A DNA stretch of 64,000 nt. It comes from Lingula anatina (lineage: Eukaryota > Animalia > Brachiopoda). Shown piece after piece: positions 1 to 12,108 of the stretch (position 1 is the stretch's first letter; every line of letters begins with the position of its first letter). The translations under genes were made by a program, and so were the position numbers. The stretch lies in NCBI GenBank assembly GCA_051362555.1, contig CM120644.1:19738534-19802533 (forward strand), written 5' to 3'. The notes below the pieces were generated by a model, which saw only the letters and a program-made list of their open reading frames with translations, did not search any database and was not told where the DNA came from.

Positions 1-1373
1 AAAGAAGTGTCACCCCCTAACTCAGAGTAAGAAAAGTAGGCAGATCTGGGGCACTTATGATGCCTGGTCTACTTATAATGTGACTAATGAGTATAAAACC
101 GCTATACCATGGAATTGTATTGTTAGTCTTGTACATGTACAGCAAATGTCATTCCTGTCTTCCTCCAATTTGGCAAGATACAGGCAATTATCTAACGGTT
201 ATAGGTGCAAGTTATTAACCTGAAGAGGCGGAATATAAGCAATGTCAGAATATCGATACAATTGAATTGTTCAGTCAGAACCGTGCAGAGGGACTGGTCT
301 CGGTATAAAAACACTGGATCAAGAGACAAATTGCCTCTAATGGGTCTTCCAAGAAAAACTACTGGCCGTGAAGACCGACGACTGATTTTGATGCCCAGGT
401 TGTCAAAGTTCGACATTGCTTGTCAGTTGACAACACAGTGGAACAATTTCACACATAAGAATGTGTCTGTGAAAATTGCTAGGCGTCGGTTACATGCTCA
501 TAGAGTGTACAGCAGGGTAGCAAGCCTGAAACCTCTTAAATCGTTACAAAACAGACAACGTAGAGTGAACTAGGGTCAACAGAATCTGGAACTGGACAGT
601 CCATGACAATTGGTCCTATATATTTTTTCTGATGAGTGTCGCTATGGTCTGACCTCTGATGACAGACGGGTTTGATCCTGGCAAACTGCTGGTAAAGCAT
701 TTGAACTACATGCACTGAATTTTCGAACCCTGAGCAGCATATTCATCATGGTGTGGGGCTGCATCAGCAACCATGGCTTGGGCGAATTGATAGTGGTTGA
801 TAGAAACATGAATCACTAGAAATATATCGATGTTTTGGAGTCAGGCTTGCTACCATCTATTACTAACATGTTTGGTGACAGGAATTATCCGTTTGTTCAC
901 CAGGATGACAACGCTCCTTGTCACAGGCCCAGAGCAGTTGATGATTGGTTTGAACAACAGGACATTCGCAGGGTGATGTGGCCTGCCCAGAGTCCGGATG
1001 CAAACATAATAGAAAATCTGTGGAATGATATGTCAAAACTTTTTACAAATGCCCGTCTAACCAGCAGATAAACTCTGTTATATTCAGTGTTTCATTCTTG
1101 GGCCAGCATAAGTCCTGAACGCATCAGACAATTATATGAATCCTTGCCTCGTATACTGGCACCTATTATTAGGTCACGTGGCTATGCCACTAAGTAATAA
1201 TTTTGGACTTAAACCTGCAAATTTTGGTAGAATGTATATTTTGTTCTCATTTTGTGATTTTTCGTGAAATTTGATGTTAATAAAATGATACAAGGAGCAT
1301 ATCATTCCACAGTCATTTATCTCCCCCATAGTATTGGCTCAGTAGGGGTGACACTTCTTTTGTCCAGGGTGTG
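1..1373 (+). mobile_element. Tc1/mariner (DD34E) DNA transposon, left end cut by window edge
   Basis: 1-18 AAAGAAGTGTCACCCCCT is the inverted complement of 1343-1360 TAGGGGTGACACTTCTTT. The right TIR runs to ...GTCCAGGGTGTG(1373) and is followed by TA. A decayed transposase lies between. Confidence 0.9.
170..1197 (+). pseudogene. Tc1-family transposase pseudogene
   Basis: HTH region (CSVRTVQR, GLPRKTTGREDR); FSDECR (~625-642); HQDDNAPCH...WPAQSPDANIIENLW with D-34-E spacing; C-terminal GYATK*. Several stops and frameshifts. Confidence 0.9.
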
Positions 1374-1776
1374 TAGTACGTCCGTCTAAATGGATGTGTT
1401 GGCTGGGTTTTATATATAAAAAAAGTATGGGAACCGTTTACCCGAGGAAAATCAATTTTTTTTGCCAAAATGAACAGTTGTTATCTTTTTCATAGAGTTC
1501 AAAACTTTGCACCCCACTACTCAGTGCCTTCATCTGTGATACTTACACTCTGTGTTTTTCTGTCCCCTTTGTTAACACAAAGACACGGTACAGGGGCATT
1601 CGTGTATATTTAAAATTTCAATCACAACTGTTGTGGAAAAAAACTGATAATTTTTAATGTTTTTGCATTTATGATTTCAGCAAACCCGAATCACCTTCCA
1701 GGGATGGGGGGGGGGGGGGGGGGTCATGTTTGCGCCGTATCATTCAACAAAGACTAGTTGAAATCGAGGCTTCAGT

Positions 1777-2815
1777 ATGGAAGGTGGACAAATGTATATA
1801 ATCGTATGCATCATTTTGGTGAGAGGTGTTCAGAGTGGACCGAGGTCAGTAGAAGGTGGAGAAGAAAGCAGCCTTGTGTTTCATTGCTACAATTTCTACG
1901 AAATGGTCGGAAATCTGGGACTGAAATTGGCATCGACCTGTTGTAAGTACTGTGCATGTATAGATGATAGAAGATAACATTTGTGAATGATATTTGCGAA
2001 AAATGTGGCATTTTGGACATAAAACATCATGTCGACATTTTGTCTTGACGTCAACAATATTTTCCCTTAAAAGTCCAAAATTCAACTTGACGTTTAAATA
2101 GTTAATTTTCTGTTAATTATTTTCAGATGGAATGCATTTGCCAGTAAACAGGTGGTGAGAGGTTTGCTCCAGGAGTGAACGCGTCTTCCGTCTTAAACAA
2201 TGTAAGGACAATTTGGCAGGTAACTGCATTAGCTTAATTTGTTTTTTTTTTAATTCAAAATCCACCTAAGCAAATCCCTACCCGCCAATGTGCACATGTC
2301 GTGACTATGTAGTTCTTCTTTCTAATATCTCATAAATGTTGTTTTTACTACCCTCCTGTCATAAGTTTATTTCTAAAATTTCACTTTATACGTAATGGAA
2401 GGGTCACTATCTTTTCAGTAGCACCACTGACGTGTGATTCTAAAGACACAGAATGTTGTCACGTTACAGTGTGTACACGGTGTAAAAGAATAGAAATTAT
2501 ATTGTTTGAAAGTGCATGTTTACATAGAACGTATCAGCTCAGTATATATATATATATTCCTCTAATTTAAAAGTTGAAAAGTGGTTTGTTGAATATTACT
2601 ATAAGAATCGAAATCGGTTGCCGTAAAATTAAAACTTGCTTCATTTAATCAACCCTTAGACATTGATTTGTAAAGGTGGTTTTTGTTTAATTTCAGTGAC
2701 TCAACCGTGCACGAGAAGATTGGATATGCTCTCCATCAATGACGTCAGACTCGTGTTCCACAGCGGCTGCATCCATGTCAAGATTACATGTCGCATGTCA
2801 GAGTTTGTCCGCTAG
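1777..2815 (+). CDS. Small secreted Cys-rich protein, 3 coding exons (1777-1942, 2127-2219, 2697-2815), with in-frame TGA at 2156-2158
   Basis: GT-AG introns (GTAAGT 1943, TTTCAG 2126, GTAAC 2220, TTTCAG 2696), both phase 1. Joined frame is 126 codons with a signal-peptide-like start (MYIIVCIILVRGVQS). AATAAA at ~3226-3235. Confidence 0.6.
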
Positions 2816-4590
2816 TAAATTTGCAGGGTTGAAACTTAATATAAAGTGTAATATTTACTTTGGGTTGTGAATCGGCTGTAGTTATTTTCAAACTATTACA
2901 AAGTAGTGTTCAGGAAGAGTATTTTGCTACACGTACATGTTGTAGTGGTATATTTCCGTGTAGGTGTGGAAACATAAACAACAAGCACATGTAGGACGAC
3001 CGGTTTTCTTTTTGATAGTAACATATTTGTGAGGGAAATCTGCAATTTGGCACTTCTCCGTGAACAGTTATTTATTTAAAATTGATTTCTAGTATTTATT
3101 TTGGCGATGTTAACTTTTGGAAAGAAAGAAAACGTCCCAACCGTGTAAATTGCATTTATGGAAGTCTCTGGAAGTTATAGTGTGTTCAGTTTAAGAAAAA
3201 AAGAACGAGATGTGCATCCACCAAAAATAAATAAATCACTGTAATTTAGATAATAATGTTTCAGAAATTGCAGCATTATCAAACTGGCAGAATGTGTTAT
3301 TAGTATTGCAGAGCTGTCCACACGTTTTGAAACGATCTTTCTTAAGTTTGAATGTGCGATTGTGACGCATATAAATAAACTTCGTATTTCTTGTGTTAGA
3401 TGTGACGGTCCATATTTTCAGTGATGGTAGGGGGTCAAAAGTCACCCTGGCTTTAGAAACGAAACCAAGGAGTTGAAATTTTCCCGAAATTAAAATGCAT
3501 TTGTTATTGTAGTAGTGGTAGGTTAAAAAGGAAAATTGTTGAATTTTAGAAAATGATTCATTTCGAAATATCATCTTCATTAAGGGGTCTATGTAGGACT
3601 GGCATTCATAAGCAACTTTCACATTCTGAATTTTCGACAAATTCTTGACAAATTCGAATCGACCACTGTAGCTTTCACAAAGCCGATTATTTAGAATAAT
3701 GATTACTCAGTGAAGTTTTTAAGACTGCCAATTTCTGTTAATACTCTCAAAATAGTATGTGATACAACTAGAGCAAATTTTATGGAAAAGTTTGTGGTTG
3801 AAATAAGCTAGAAAATTGGTTATGTCTTACATGTATGACGTTTCTGATTCGCATGCTGTACAAATTTCAGTTTTCCCTCAAAGTTGTGTCATGAAATGCA
3901 TATTTTAGGAATTCGTATGAAAAAGAAACACGTTTGCTTTGGACATGACAATATTGTAAGGAATCTTACAAAATTTTATTATTTTGACCACCTATTTTTG
4001 TTTTGTGAACATCAGCAAGACGACATAGTGCTTGCATGTGGGTGCATGCGTCGGGATAGGATGAGGTTATATGCATATTGAATTTTCTATACCGTTCACA
4101 CCAGTGAATTTAGACAAACATTTTTTGTAATTTTCTTTTTTTTTTTTTTTTTTTGTTAATCTTGTTAGTATTATGTCTATCATAATATTCCTGAACTCCT
4201 TCATAAATAAAAAAGCTACGCCGGCCAAAGAGAAATTTTCAAAATGCATAGAATCTCGACATGTTTTAGTTAGATATAGAACCAGTTTTGTTTTTATGTA
4301 AAACCTTAATTCACATTTCATAGTACGTTTTATGAAATTGCCATTTATGTAGAAGAAAAAAAGATATTCCAAGTTTTATAATATTTTGTGAAAACAATGC
4401 TGTTACTTTTTGTATTCATTTGTGCAATAATAAATGTGCAATATTGTTTTATGAACAAAATAGAAGTTATTTTTCTTAACTACAGAACCGCCGACTCCTC
4501 TTACCATTCTGTGTTCGTAGCACTGTTTTGTAGAAGTCGAAATTCTTTATTTGGATTTATTTTTGCAAAAGGTAATTTGCTGGGACCCAG

Positions 4591-4665
4591 TGGCGCCAGG
4601 AATCGAACCTGCAACCTTCTGTCTGAGAGGCAAGCGCGTTACCTACTCCTCTAACTGTTCCCACC
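4591..4665 (-). mobile_element. tRNA-derived SINE head or tRNA pseudogene
   Basis: Minus strand has A-box-like AGTTAGAGGAGTAGG, B-box GGTTCGATTCC and ends GGCGCCA. Acceptor and anticodon stems pair poorly. Confidence 0.6.
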
Positions 4666-5680
4666 CACCCTCCCCAGGTAGACTTTCTTCTTATAGTAAC
4701 CAAAGGGAATTTTTAAAAAGACTGGGAAGTACTCTGTTTTATCCAAGTACGCGAGCAGGAAAGTGAACCCCAACCCGTGGGTACCAATGAACATGAAAAT
4801 ACAACAAAGCATTGCATAATTTTGGTATTTCTTTATTAAGACCAAAACAAATTTCCATTCCATATATGCATGCATAAATATACATCTTAAAATACCATCT
4901 TAAAACATCAGTTTGTGCGACTACATTTGTGATTCTTTTTAAGTTTTGAAGGCTTGAATATAATGATATAAACAGAAATATTGAGATCTTCATTAGAATT
5001 CACTAAAAATGTAACAAATTCAATCTATCTGATTTGACAAATAAAACTAACAACTAAACTTCTCATGTTTGATCTTATGCTTGATGTGAAAGAAAATATT
5101 TCGGAAAAGACTTTTTTCCTTTAAAAAACAACGCCGGATCTAGTATCCACCCCACCTTTAACCTCAGAAAAAATTTAAAATGGAAAACTACTCTGGTCTA
5201 ACATTATCAAATACACATAATGTTACAAATTGCCTAGAACTTCACAGTTTGACCACATTTAAATGCCCCGGATCCGACGTTAATGTTATTTCTCTCTTTC
5301 TAACCACGCGGTATTATAAGAATTATTTCAGTAACTAAATATTAAATACAAAATACAATGAAGAGCAATTCAACAACTCTTGTGACAAATGTGAACATGA
5401 ATTAACCTCACATAACACATGTAGAGAGTAATCATTTTTGCACATGCCGATCGATCTAATAAAAGTAAGAGGGGTTTTTCAAAGTTGAGCAGATTTTTAA
5501 AAATAGTATCAATAATTCCTATATCTTTACACAGAATCTAGAATTGTTTAAAAAAACATCACGGTCCCACGGTGTACATACTACGAATCTGGACAGTGAA
5601 AATTTGGAACGTTAACAAGAACAAATTTATGAAATCATGTATTCTAATCTCTTATCTGAGCATTTAAAGTAAAGCCACCG

Positions 5681-5924
5681 TTAAAGGCACATAGTGAGCG
5701 CAATTTCACTCACGGCGGGAAAAGTTGAAATTGACAACTCCAAAACGTGGTATTATCGTAATGGAGTTAGGCATATAGCAAGCAGCCTTTAAAAAACTTT
5801 TATACATCGTACTTTTGTCGACGGTGTTGGATAAGACCGTGCTTTGGCGATGAAGGGGAATTGCTCAATTTTTTCAGGATTTTACTCTCTAGGTAAAGAT
5901 CTAAGGCGCACTATATGCCTTTGG
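5681..5924. mobile_element. Non-autonomous DNA transposon (MITE), Kolobok-like
   Basis: TIR AAAGGCACATAGTGAGCGC vs GCGCACTATATGCCTTT. Left flank TTAA; right flank degenerate (TTGG). Confidence 0.55.
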
Positions 5925-7844
5925 ATTAAAATAAAATCCCGTGAATGCCAAGAGAGTGAAATAATTGTATATGCTGAGTTTAAAGTACTGATGACAAGAA
6001 ATTAAAAATTGAGCATTTATTATTCAATGTAATATTCCCAATTAATTTTTACTGGAAAAATTATAGCTCACAAGACATAAGCAAAAAATATATCACTTAA
6101 TGTAATGTGGTTAACTTGTCATAAACTTTATTGGATAAAGGAATAATTTTTAAAGATATTTGCTAACAACTTCAATAACTACCTATTTTTCTACATATAC
6201 TGTGTCTCCTATAGCAGAGAGAATCAGAAAAAAATCCACACGTAAAACGTTTACTGCTAAGACTACATCTACCAACGGTGTTCAGAATAGTTTACATGAA
6301 GTGCAACTGCATTCCTCGTTTTCATGGGATATGAAGAGCTGGCGAAAATGTGGAGGAAGCAAAATTGGGAAATAATGGGGTCTTTCCAATACCAGTTTTA
6401 AACATTCAGGCATCAAAACTGAATCACAAATAAGTTATCATCAAATACCTAACATTAATATCTTACAACGTACTACGTTGTACTAAATCAGTTGAAACTG
6501 ATATATTCGTATACTTAGTATCTGGACCGCCTCGCATCCACTCCCTGGTCACACAGAACTGATGAAGACGTGACATCTCTTTCTGGAGTGTTGGTTACAT
6601 ATGATTCATGGGGGAGGAGGCAGGATATTTTGGACGCATTGTTTACTCAGTTATCTTCATTGTCTGATAGGTAAACCTTCATTGACAATTTATTGCAATA
6701 AAAATGCATAGGACGCATTTGTGTTAGATATATTTCAAAACACGCCATTGATAAAATTAATCTCATACCCTAACACCCCCCACAATGAAACATTATTTAC
6801 GTCACTGGTTATAGTCAAGTGCATTTTTATCTGAACAGAGTTTAGTATATGTGACCAACCTGATCGTACTATGTCGCCATCTGCTGGAATCAACAGACTA
6901 AAACTTTATAAACTTTAAATCATGTGATCATATGTGGATGTACGATGTTGTAGTCTTCATTTACCTTCACAATGACAGATAAACTTGCGAATATATGTCT
7001 GTGTGTGTGTGCGTGCGTGGAACCTGGTCATGATAACGAAGGCGTTTGTTAAATTATCCAGATTTTTACAGAATTTTGGCCAGTGACAGGAAAGAAGGGT
7101 TGATTAGTTGGAGAAAAATACCACTTATCCCGGGAAAATCCGTGCAATATTTTAACAAATCAGCACAAACGCCGTGAAAATACGCTATGCCTATATTTTG
7201 CCGAAGGATTTTATTCAAACTGATTTTTCCACTTTACATCATACAACTAGTTATCATAACGCCCGTCTGTACTGTCATGCACAAGTTATAACAGTTTTAT
7301 TCTACTTCCACAATATCCTCCTGTCATTTCATGCTGTCAATATTGACATATACAAGATTTCAACATATATCATACATCACATGATTCTTTCACATACAGC
7401 ACTCAATTAACACATTTTATATTTAAAAAAATGAAATTCCATTGGTATAATTTTTTTTTCTTCGGGAATTGATATTTCAAATTGTCACGCCTCCGCCTGG
7501 CGTTTGGTAGAATACAGAAAAAGTGGTGATGATACGAGAAAGTTTGAAACAAGAGGAGATGTGTTAATCTGTTAAACTGATTGCATTCAGCAGAGTTGGA
7601 TTGATCTACATAGAACGAAATGGAATGAAACCTATAGTGTATCTTATTATTATTGTAGTGCTCTTAATATTTTATCTAGAACTTCAACCCACTGGGTTAT
7701 CAATATCTTATCAATAAATAAGAAATAATCATTATTATACAGGGTGATATTTTGCCGTCTGTTCTGTCTCAACATGATTGTGACGTCTTCCACAGAATTG
7801 ATGATAATGTGCTAGGTGGGACAAGTCGATGACCGCTTTTGATT

Positions 7845-8580
7845 TTAGGCAAAAAAAAATAAAATAAATAAATAAATAAAATAAAAATAATAATAATAAT
7901 AATAAAATTTAAAAAAAAACGAATTTTAACATTTTATTTTTCTAAAAATGCCGATAAAAGGAATTTTAATGCACTTCTCTTGGTGCTTTTTGTTCCTCAT
8001 CTACGGATCCGAGTTACAAGATCCTTCTATACAAATGTAGAATTAAGTTATTCATGAATATCTAGGATGTAGTATTACTTGTAAGGTGAACTACCAATGC
8101 GCAAGACACCGTGCATTTTTTCTATTTGTGTAGAATGTAGTTCAATTGCCTGTACAATTCTCCCATAGCATTATTGATTTTTTCTGGGGTGGAACATTTT
8201 AGGGGGAGACGGACGGGAGAGAGAAGTATCAGTTTAACAGCAAAATATAAAAAGAGCGCGGAGAATTTATAATCAGAAGGTTTTACAATATTTTAGAAAA
8301 GTATGAAAATAGCCCATGTTTCCAATTTCACTGTGTAGAACTTTGTAGAAAACATGATACATCTCTCTGACGTCTTTGTCTCCCTAAAAATTTTTTGACC
8401 ACGTTAACTGTTCAACTCCTGTCAGAAGATGAACCAACGATAGTTTTGATACACAGGTGTAGGAGCCGGGATGTGGGGCGAGACGTTGGGGGGGGGGGGG
8501 GGGGGGGGGGGCTGTCTCACAATCAACTACGTCAGTCCTAATGAGGGTGTGGAGAGGGGGAGGCACATCGAACACGTTCC
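7845..8580 (+). repeat. Dispersed repeat, copy 1 (direct-orientation homolog of 55055-56250)
   Basis: Shared blocks include AAAGGAATTTTAATGCACTTCTCTTGGT, CAATTGCCTGTACAATTCTCCCATA and CCAACGATAGTTTTGATACACAGGTGTAGGAGCCG. Confidence 0.85.
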
Positions 8581-8752
8581 TTCTACATGAAGACAGAGTG
8601 ATCGCAGCACTATTTCCACCCTGGTCCGGCAACCCAAGGCCTTCACTTAGTGGTCAGTTGTTAACAAGTCAAGAAGACAGCACTAGGGACACTCAGGTAA
8701 ACTGACCATTAGTGATGGGGTCATCAGTTGACCACAATACAGAGGACACTGT

Positions 8753-10556
8753 GACATGATGATGATGTTTATTTACGTTAATTTAGGCCACCAGCCTATA
8801 TTACATTACAGTAACAGGAGTCAAATTTATGCCTTCTACATGTATATATCCCTAAGTTTGAAGCACTCATACACATACATTGACAGATTTGTCAAGAGAG
8901 TTGCATCTTCAGATTTCATGAGCTTATTAAAGTTGAATATGTTTGCCTGAATGCCGGGAATATATATATTTTGCTCTGTAACCATTATATCGTGGACACA
9001 CAAGCACGAAATGGTACTCGTCCTCTATGTATGCTTCATTATAAGCGTTGCAGCAGAAATCACAATGTCTAAATTTGGGATCTATATTTTGATGTCTACC
9101 CCTCTCGATTTTTAGATCATGACACGAGGTTCTAAGCCGTGATAAGGCATTTCTAATCTTCCATGACGTAATTACAGTTAAATAGCGCTCCACATTTAGC
9201 ATAGTTTTATACTCACTATAGCTATTCAGCTTACTATTGCCCTTCACATCAGCGGACCACTGTTGAAATGCAGTGTCTTTCAACCGTTGAGTAAACTCAC
9301 TTAAAAAGAAATCAACATTTCCTATATCTTGTGACAGCCATAACACACCATAGCCGTAGCTGAATAATACATGTTTTATCTTACTAGCCCATGTAATTCT
9401 ACCGGACAGCTCTAGGTTATATAACATTTGGTAACATTGCCTTGGGTACCTGTCTCGTCCCATACATAATAATTTCAACCAGTATTTAATGCTGCGTGTG
9501 AGATAATGCACCGTCAGAGGTAGTCTTCCACATTCTCCTAGGGCTGCAGCGTTTGATGCGGAGCTTGGTAAACCTAAGAAATATTTACAAAATTTGATTT
9601 GCACTTTCTCTATCACCTCAACATAATTTGAACCCCATATCTCTGCGCCATATAACAAAATAGGCAGAAACATACTATCAAAGATATGAAAGGCTATATT
9701 ATATGCTAGCCTCCCGCATTTTTTCTCAAAACATCTCAGCATTGTAATCGCTCGTAGAGCCTTAGCCGCATTATTTCGTTGAGTTGATGACCAATTATTA
9801 CGTGTTGATACTAGCACCCCAAGATATTTATAATGTGAAACAGTCTCAAGTTTGTTACCCTTGTAGTAAAACTGTTCATATTTACGTAGAGGTCCTCCAT
9901 TCCTACACACCATGACTTTTGTTTTATTTGTACTGACCTCCATGCCCCATTTATTACAAAATTCACTTAACACATTCAAATGCCGCTGCAGATGTATAAC
10001 AGTATCTGTAATATTTACTATGTCGTCTGCATATAACAATGCTAGTAAATTTTGACACTCTGGAGATAAATATATACCACGACATTCCTTGTACTCTAAG
10101 TCTTTTATATAATCATTTAGATATAAAATGAAAAGCAGTGGACTGACCATGCATCCTTGTCTAGTACCAATAGTACACTCAAAAAAATTAGTTAATCCGG
10201 CAGGCGTTCGTACGCAAGACTTAAGATTTGAATACATTGATTTTAATACACTCAGTACCTTTCCGTGTACACCACAATTAATGAGTCTGTGCCATAATAA
10301 TACATGTTGTACTCTATCAAAAGCTTTCGAGAAGTCTACGTATAATAGATATAACCTCCCACCTTTCTTTGATAGATATTTTTCTTTAATAGCATTCAAT
10401 GTAAATATTTGATCAATAGTTGACCGACCTGTCCTAAAGCCACACTGGCTTTCATGTAGTTTACCCGACCTTTCTGCCCATTTTAATATCCTATTGTTCA
10501 TAATTTTGGTGAATATTTTGCTACATACAATCAATAAGGATATACCTCTATAGTTG
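8753..10556 (-). mobile_element. 5'-truncated non-LTR retrotransposon (LINE; clade uncertain, RTEX/L2-like)
   Basis: 14-bp TSD ACAGAGGACACTGT at 8739-8752 and 10557-10570. 3' end is AATAAA + (CAT)n tail on the minus strand. Encodes a reverse transcriptase. Confidence 0.92.
8927..10556 (-). pseudogene. Reverse transcriptase + C-terminal Zn-binding region of LINE ORF2 (endonuclease lost by 5' truncation)
   Basis: NYRGISLL, QCGFR, VDFSKAFD, GTRQGCMVSPLLF, LLYADD, YKYLG, CDFC...EDEYHFVLVC. The ORF-track start codon lies in flanking DNA. Confidence 0.92.
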
Positions 10557-10911
10557 ACAGAGGACACTGTCAATGGGTTATATTTGCATTTTTCATAGAT
10601 TTTCTATCAGTACTAAGTTTATGATATCAATAATTACCTGTGATCAAACATGAAATTTCTGTCAACAGAAGTCTGTAGCCAGAAAAGCTAGATTTGTCTA
10701 GATAGATCATCAAGACAGGGATGGGTTAGCCTCTTTTTTTAACTGCTAAATGTTCCATGTTTGGACATTTTGATTCATTACAATAAGATGTTATGTGGAT
10801 TTATCATTATTATTATTTTTATTATCATTATGCTAGAAATACATTTGTTGAATACAGCTAAGTATCACGTATGGTTTACTGATACAGAATGTTGTCAGTG
10901 TAATATGGTCT

Positions 10912-11127
10912 GCAGGGTGGATCCAGGATTATTTGAAGGGGGGGGGTCCAGAACAACAGGCCTCGGATGAGAGGTCAAACATCGTCCCCCTTGTGTTTTG
11001 GTGTTTTGGAGAGCAGACAGTGCCCTTTGGTACAGTTTAGCTCTATGATTTAACTAGTCTTTCAGAAACCGAAGGGGGGGGAGGGGGGGGGAGGGTGTCA
11101 GGAGGGTGTCAGGGGAGGCTGCCACTG
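10912..11127. mobile_element. GC-rich-ended hAT-like MITE, family copy
   Basis: CAGGGTGGATCCAGGA...GAAGGGGGGGG start and ...GCCACTG end. Internal GAGAGCAGACAG...CCTTTGGTACA is shared with 20681-21450. Confidence 0.5.
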
Positions 11128-12108
11128 CAGCATCTCTTTTGGTGTATTCTGTGGTTCATCTTTCTATAATTTTTACAAAAGGCTACTTTGAAAACTTTAC
11201 TTGATACTGATCACTGAGACTCCTGCTTCTATTACATAAAACACCTGGATAACACTGCTTCATGTTGAAATGTTCATTAAAACTGTCTGCATTTAGACAT
11301 ACATAGACTTGCAGACTGTGGAGAACTGCAAATCTTGGAAGAGAATATTACATATCAAAGCAATGTTAGGAAAAAGTTATCAAACACTCACAATACATCA
11401 GATGTATTCAGCAGATGATAGCAATATGTATCACAGTCAGGAAATTAACAACTACATCCTAGATGTAACTTTTAGTAAAAAAGAATTAATTTTAAAGCTC
11501 AATTTAGCGGCTGAATTGGTGTCTGTGTTGCTTTGTGCTTTCAGATTTTAATTCACTTGTATACTATTGGAACTTTATATTTTAATATCTATAATTATAA
11601 CCAAAAACTGAGTGAAAAGACACAGAAACACCCTTAAAGCAACGACCATGACAAGGATTATATGCAAAATAAAAACCATTTTTGGAATGTTGAAGTTTTA
11701 ATCCATTTTACCATCACACTGTTTGCACCTTAACAACAACTTTACTATTTGGGACAACAATTTAAGATGACAATTATATCAGATTCTGTAATTTTAGCAG
11801 GACTCAAATATGAATTTTTCATTTCAAATTATAAGCAATTTCACTTCCCTTTTTATTTAACAAAAATTGACTAAATCTTTACCCACCACAGATTAAGAAG
11901 GAAGAGTCCCAATGCTATAACTGTGGCTGGTTAAGTTGGAAGATAGATAATGATATGTGATTCATTGCCATACCACGCCCCATTTTCCATAGGGGTCACT
12001 TTTTGAAAATAGTAAAAAAGAAAATCGCTATCAACAGTTGTCCCTGTTTTAGTTATAATTTGCCAAAATATAGGTTACAAGTGACAATGCAGTTCGTTAA
12101 AACGTAAT

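Noticed and set aside
3236-3670. 134-aa ORF and a Tc1-like end (...CCACTGTA)
   Set aside because: AT-rich low-information ORF with a non-ATG start; no partner TIR found.
4620-4635. Possible tRNA-Sec (TCA) anticodon in the tRNA-like element near the TGA gene
   Set aside because: The loop register reads CTC rather than TCA, there is no long variable arm, and the stems are degenerate.
6515-6690. Possible terminal coding exon on the minus strand (QNILPPPHESYV...RRSRY*)
   Set aside because: Short, no clear splice acceptor, no recognisable homology.
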